The notes under the pieces: model-generated
Told to the model about the DNA's origin: nothing
Seen by the model: the letters and a program-made list of their open reading frames with translations, nothing else
Databases searched by the model: none
Source: Candidatus Methylomirabilota bacterium
Lineage (GTDB): Bacteria > Methylomirabilota > Methylomirabilia > Rokubacteriales > CSP1-6
NCBI GenBank assembly: GCA_036002485.1
Contig: DASYTI010000051.1
Location: 1,304-65,303, forward strand
Reading direction: 5' to 3'
DNA length: 64,000 bases
Position numbers and translations under genes: made by a program
Part shown: positions 59,860 to 64,000 of the stretch, one piece after another
Layout: each line of letters begins with the position of its first letter
Position numbering within the stretch: the first letter of the stretch is position 1

Positions 59860-60630
59860 ATGTTCCCGTACCATGACGAGAACCAGACGCAGCGGACGGC
59901 CTTCGTCACCCTGCTGATCATCGGCCTGAACGTCGTGGTCTGGCTCCTGGTCCAAGGCGCCGGCTCCATGCTTTCGGTGGCGCGGTCGGTCTGCGATCTC
60001 GGGCTGATTCCCGGCGAGCTCACCGGGATGGTGCCGCCGGGCACGCGCTTTCCCATGGGCGAGGGCCTCGTGTGCCTGACCGACCCCGGCCGGCAGGTCT
60101 CGCACGTCGTCACCTCGATGTTCCTGCACGGCTCCTGGATGCACCTGCTGGGCAACATGTGGTTCCTCTGGCTTTTCGGGAACAACATCGAGGACTCCAT
60201 GGGGCACGGGCGCTTCGTCGTGTTCTACCTGCTCTCCGGGGTCGCGGCCTCCCTGCTGCAGGTGGCCCTCAGCCCGGCATCGCCGATCCCGATGGTCGGG
60301 GCCTCGGGCGCCATCAGCGGGGTGATGGGCGCCTACCTCGTCCTGTACCCGCGCGTGCGCGTGTACACGTTGGTGCCCCTCGGGTTCTTCATCACGTCGC
60401 TCGCCCTGCCCGCCTGGACCATGCTGCTGTATTGGATGGCCCTCCAGCTCCTGGGCGGGTTCACGGGGTTCTTGACCGAGGCGCGCGGCGGCGTGGCCTT
60501 CTGGGCCCACGTCGGGGGATTCGTGGCGGGCGCGGTGCTCGTGAAGCTGTTTGCCCGCCCCGCGGACGTGGAGGCCCACCGGAACGACGATTGGCGTCCG
60601 CGGCGGGTGGCCGGCGGCCGAGGCGCCTGA
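59860..60630 (+). CDS. rhomboid-family intramembrane serine protease
   Basis: 256 aa; GASGAISGVMGAY (GxSG) and a downstream His in a TM helix. Confidence 0.85.
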   Translation: MFPYHDENQTQRTAFVTLLIIGLNVVVWLLVQGAGSMLSVARSVCDLGLIPGELTGMVPPGTRFPMGEGLVCLTDPGRQVSHVVTSMFLHGSWMHLLGNMWFLWLFGNNIEDSMGHGRFVVFYLLSGVAASLLQVALSPASPIPMVGASGAISGVMGAYLVLYPRVRVYTLVPLGFFITSLALPAWTMLLYWMALQLLGGFTGFLTEARGGVAFWAHVGGFVAGAVLVKLFARPADVEAHRNDDWRPRRVAGGRGA

Positions 60631-60856
60631 GCGCGCCCTTCGCCCTCTTCAGCGAGGACAGCGAAGCAACTCCTCCGCCTCCCCGGCCAGCTCGCGGACG
60701 ACTTCCCGCGGAACGTTCGTCTGTCTGAAAACGAGTGGCCCCAACAGCGAATCGGCGAAGGGCCGGATTATATGCCGGCTAACAGCGGTACGTCGATACC
60801 GCAAGGGTCGCCGGCACGGGCGCCCCGACCTCTTGCGCTTCCCCCCGGGAGGCGTC

Positions 60857-61771
60857 ATGGTGTCGTCCGTGGCGCCTCTATTCACCGGGGTCTCCCTCGC
60901 GGCGTGCTTCGTGATCGGCCTCGCGGCCGCCATCCGGATGGCCGGTCCGATCGTCGGCCTGGACCACGCCACCGGAGTCATCCGCCTGCCCACAGAGGTG
61001 ACGGCGACCATCGTCAGTCTCTTCGCCCTCGCCGCCATCGTCTTCGTCGCGCATGTGCTGCGGCGCGCGTGGTCCCGACGGCACGCGGAGGACGCCGAGG
61101 CCGCGGGGACCTTCGAGCCGCTCCGCATCCCGGCGTGGCTGCGCGCGGTCAGACAGTTCCTCGCTTTCCTTTACTTCGTGGCCCTCGCCTACGCGCTGTC
61201 GCGAAGCGGGATATCCCTGGACGGCATCATGGCGCTCGCGGGGGGTGCCGGGGCGGCGGTCGGCTCCGCGGCCTCCGGCCCGGCCGCCGAGAGCGCTCCC
61301 CCGCTCGTCACCTGGAGCTTCGGCATCCTCGCGCTCGGGGCGGGTCTCGGGGCCCTCGGCCTGGCCATGTGGGTCGCCCTCGGCGCCCGCCTGGCCCAGT
61401 GGCGCGCGGACGGCGACGGCGGGACCATGCCGGCACCCCTCGGCACCGCCGTGGACGACAGCGCGGAGGATCTACGCTCCGACCCGGACGCGCGCCGCGC
61501 CATCGTCCGCTGCTACGTCAGGTTCGAGCGCGCGGCCGCCGACTCGGGAGTCGAGCGCAAAGCGTGGTCGACGCCGATGGAGTTCATGCGCGAGGCGCTC
61601 CGCCGCCTGCCCGTCCCGCGCACCGCGGTGCCCACGCTCACGGGGCTGTTCGAGCTGGCCAGGTTCAGCCAGCACCCTCTCGGGCCGACCGAGCGGGACC
61701 AGGCCCTGGAGGCCCTGGACGAGATCAGGACGGCGATCAGGGTGACCGACGGCGATGCCGGCGCGCGCTGA
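60857..61771 (+). CDS. DUF4129 domain membrane protein (MoxR-cluster associated)
   Basis: 304 aa from ATG 60857; several TM helices and C-terminal DUF4129-like block (DPDARRAIVRCYVRFERAAADSGVERKAWSTPMEF). Confidence 0.65.
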   Translation: MVSSVAPLFTGVSLAACFVIGLAAAIRMAGPIVGLDHATGVIRLPTEVTATIVSLFALAAIVFVAHVLRRAWSRRHAEDAEAAGTFEPLRIPAWLRAVRQFLAFLYFVALAYALSRSGISLDGIMALAGGAGAAVGSAASGPAAESAPPLVTWSFGILALGAGLGALGLAMWVALGARLAQWRADGDGGTMPAPLGTAVDDSAEDLRSDPDARRAIVRCYVRFERAAADSGVERKAWSTPMEFMREALRRLPVPRTAVPTLTGLFELARFSQHPLGPTERDQALEALDEIRTAIRVTDGDAGAR

Positions 61772-62213
61772 GCGGTCGCGGCGTCGCCTCGCCGGCCGCG
61801 CGATCGTCGCCGCCCTCGTCGTCCTCGCGGCCATGCCCGCCTACCTCGCGCTCTCGCCGCCGTGGCAGCCCGTGGCCGTCCGTCTGTCCTGCGCGGCGAT
61901 CGTGGCCGCGGGGTGCCTCCGCGTGCTGCGCCTGGCGCGGGGTGCCATGGAGCCCGAGCCCCTCTCTCCTCTCGACACGCCGCCCCCGCCCGCCGCCGTC
62001 CCCGAGCTGGATGCGCGCTTCCTCGCGCTCCGCGACGACGTGATCCACGGCACCCGGAGCCGGCGGTACTTCGACAGGATCCTCTGGCCGCGGCTCTCCG
62101 GGCTCGCCGGCACGGATCTCCCCCGGCCCGCCGAGGGGCGGGACTACCGCCGGCGTGGACCCTCGATGAGCACCCTCGCGCGCCTCGTCACCGAGATCGA
62201 GAGAGGCGCGTGA
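61755..62213 (+). CDS. hypothetical membrane protein
   Basis: 152 aa; two predicted TM helices; overlaps both neighbours (operonic). Confidence 0.45.
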   Translation: MPARAERSRRRLAGRAIVAALVVLAAMPAYLALSPPWQPVAVRLSCAAIVAAGCLRVLRLARGAMEPEPLSPLDTPPPPAAVPELDARFLALRDDVIHGTRSRRYFDRILWPRLSGLAGTDLPRPAEGRDYRRRGPSMSTLARLVTEIERGA

Positions 62214-63166
62214 AGCTCGACGCCGTGGCCGACCGCTGCCAGGAGGTCCTCGCCGCCCTCGGCCAGGTGATCGTCGGCAAGACGGACGTGCTCCAGCAGG
62301 TCCTGGCCGGTCTCCTCGCCAACGGCCACATCCTCATCGAGGATTACCCCGGCCTGGCCAAGACGCTCATCGCCCGGCTCGTCGCCCAGACGCTCGATCT
62401 CGGCTTCAAGCGCATCCAGTTCACGCCCGATCTATTGCCCAGCGACATCACGGGTAGCTTCCTCTTCGACCAGCGCGAGGCGCGCTTCGAGTTCCGCCGG
62501 GGTCCGATCTTCACCAACCTGCTCCTCGCCGACGAGATCAACCGGGCCACGCCCAAGACGCAGAGCGCGCTGCTGGAGGCGATGCAGGAGTCGCAGGTCA
62601 CCGTGGAAGGCGAGCGCTTCCCCCTCGAGCCACCATTCCTCGTGATCGCCACCCAGAACCCCATCGAGCTGGAAGGCACGTATGCGCTGCCCGAAGCCCA
62701 GCTCGACCGCTTCCTGATGCGCCTGGCCGTGGGCTACCCGGATCCCGAGGAGGAAGTGGAGATCCTCGCCCGGCGCCGGCGCCGGCGGGAAGATCCTGTG
62801 AGCGTCGCCCCGGTGATCTCGCGCGCGGACTTGCTCGCCATGCAGGAGAGCCTGGAGGACGTCCACGTGGCGGGGGTAACCGAGCGTTACATCGTGGACC
62901 TCGTGCAGGCCACGCGCACCGACCATCGCGTGGCCCTCGGCGCCTCGCCGCGGGGGACGCTCGCCCTCCTCAAGCTCGCCCGGGCCCTCGCGGCCCTGCA
63001 GCGCCGCGACTTCGTGCTCCCCGACGACGTGAAGGCCATGGCCGTGCCCGCCCTCGCGCACCGGCTCGTGCTCAAGCCCGAGCTGTGGGCGGCGCGGGTC
63101 TCGGCGGCGCAGGTGGTGCAGGGCCTGCTCACCCAGGTGCCGGCGCCCGGCCCGGACGTCCGATGA
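62210..63166 (+). CDS. MoxR-family AAA+ ATPase (second copy)
   Basis: 318 aa from GTG 62210; Walker A DYPGLAKT, Walker B LLLADEINRA; paralog of 39051-40106. Confidence 0.85.
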   Translation: MKLDAVADRCQEVLAALGQVIVGKTDVLQQVLAGLLANGHILIEDYPGLAKTLIARLVAQTLDLGFKRIQFTPDLLPSDITGSFLFDQREARFEFRRGPIFTNLLLADEINRATPKTQSALLEAMQESQVTVEGERFPLEPPFLVIATQNPIELEGTYALPEAQLDRFLMRLAVGYPDPEEEVEILARRRRRREDPVSVAPVISRADLLAMQESLEDVHVAGVTERYIVDLVQATRTDHRVALGASPRGTLALLKLARALAALQRRDFVLPDDVKAMAVPALAHRLVLKPELWAARVSAAQVVQGLLTQVPAPGPDVR

Positions 63167-64000
63167 CGGGCCGGGTGACGCCACTCGGCCTCTCCGTCCT
63201 CGCGGTGGCCGGGTGCGCGCTCTCCCTTGCCGTGCTCTCCGGGCGCCCGGAGCTGTTCGTGGCCGCCCTCCCGCTGCTCCTCGCCCTCGTCCCCCTCGCC
63301 CACCGCGGCCCCGCCCTCGATCATCGGATCGCCCACGAGGTCTCGCGCGCGCGCGTCTTGGAAGGCGAGAGCGTGACGGTGACGGTCACGGTCCAGGCAC
63401 GGCTGCCCATCGCGCTCCTCGAGCTCCTGGGCCCGCTTCCCGCGGGCAGCGTCGTCGTGTCGGGGCGTCACCACGCGGCCATGACCCTGGGCGCCGGCCA
63501 GACGGGCCGGTGGAGCTACGAGGTCCGCTTCGAGGGCCGCGGCGTGCACGACATGGGCACGATCGCCGTGCGGGTGCGGGATCGCTTCGGTGTGCGCACC
63601 TGGGAGCAGCGTCATGTCGATCCGAAGCCCGTGCGCGTCTATCCGCGCATCGCGCCGCTCCGGAGTCTTCCCCGTCCCGCCCACGCGCGGGCATCGGTCG
63701 GCGACTACGTCTCGTCCGCCCTCGGCGAAGGCATCGAGCCCGGCGAGATCCGGCAGTTCGCCCCCGGCGACCGGATCAAACAGGTGAACTGGCGCGCCTC
63801 GCTGCGGCTGGGGAAGCTCTATGTCACCCAGCATCAGCGCGAGCGCAATGCCGACGTCGTCCTCATGCTCGACACCCTGGCCGAGGTGGGTCGGGCGCCT
63901 GAGACCACCCTCGACTGGAGCGTTCGGGCCGGGGCCTCGCTGGCCACCGCGTATCTGGCGCGAAAGGATCGCGTCGGCCTCATCAACTACGGCGGGCTGA
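63163..64000 (+). CDS. DUF58 domain protein (second copy), 3'-truncated by the window end
   Basis: ATG 63163 overlaps the moxR stop (ATGA); the frame is open to position 64000, so no stop is reached and it is absent from the ORF track. DUF58 core EPGEIRQFAPGDRIKQVNWRASLRLGKLYV. Confidence 0.75.
   Translation, partial: MTGRVTPLGLSVLAVAGCALSLAVLSGRPELFVAALPLLLALVPLAHRGPALDHRIAHEVSRARVLEGESVTVTVTVQARLPIALLELLGPLPAGSVVVSGRHHAAMTLGAGQTGRWSYEVRFEGRGVHDMGTIAVRVRDRFGVRTWEQRHVDPKPVRVYPRIAPLRSLPRPAHARASVGDYVSSALGEGIEPGEIRQFAPGDRIKQVNWRASLRLGKLYVTQHQRERNADVVLMLDTLAEVGRAPETTLDWSVRAGASLATAYLARKDRVGLINYGGL

Overview
This is a high-GC (~70%) bacterial chromosomal window with dense, mostly co-directional coding on the minus strand. 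I could not recognise any rRNA or tRNA gene, CRISPR array, transposase or integrase.

Recognisable content, in order:
- 1-8.4 kb: Fe/Mn superoxide dismutase, a PRC-barrel protein, a DUF296 protein, a baeRF-like hypothetical, SCO1/SenC, an ACT-domain malic enzyme, YceI and an RpoD-like sigma-70.
- 8.3-11.6 kb: an MMPL transporter and an F420-type luciferase-like (LLM) oxidoreductase.
- 11.8-22.8 kb: one long minus-strand run: ornithine cyclodeaminase, acyl-CoA carboxylase beta, a DinB-family protein, a 71-aa BCCP, biotin carboxylase, two paralogous ferritin-like proteins, DNA polymerase IV, an HDIG phosphohydrolase, a small HTH protein, CysE, a degenerate NifU/IscU-like scaffold and a NifS-like cysteine desulfurase.
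- 22.9-23.8 kb: three small translationally coupled DsrE/DsrF/DsrH (TusD/C/B)-like sulfur-relay genes.
- 23.8-29.4 kb: a complete canonical isc operon (iscR-iscS-iscU-iscA-hscB-hscA-fdx-iscX) with a candidate IscR box.
- 29.5-41.3 kb: a GalT-like HIT protein, then a Bat-like MoxR operon (MoxR, a TM protein, DUF58, a 1464-aa BatA/VWA giant, a TPR protein) and a GT4 glycosyltransferase.
- 41.4-47.4 kb: an orphan zinc anti-sigma factor, a selenocysteine-containing selenophosphate synthetase SelD (in-frame TGA at 42999-43001, split by the ORF track), a LysR regulator, an FmdB zinc ribbon, an orphan Pup, ThrB, and CcdA with a TlpA-like thioredoxin.
- 47.5-58.1 kb: a DUF1537 kinase/PdxA2 pair, a tartrate-DH-like enzyme, two tandem Tat-signal family-5 SBPs, two ABC permeases (no ATPase) and an amidase.
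- 58.2-64.0 kb: Uma2, an SDR, a rhomboid protease, and a second MoxR cluster (DUF4129, TM protein, MoxR, DUF58, truncated at the window end).

The main hunt results are the Sec-SelD, a mosaic family of GC-rich interspersed intergenic repeats (six or more loci, some carrying an SD plus a 21-codon mini-ORF), the DsrEFH-like trio wedged between two cysteine-desulfurase systems, and the paralogous ferritin-like pair. All functional calls rest on motif recognition by eye; no database search was run.
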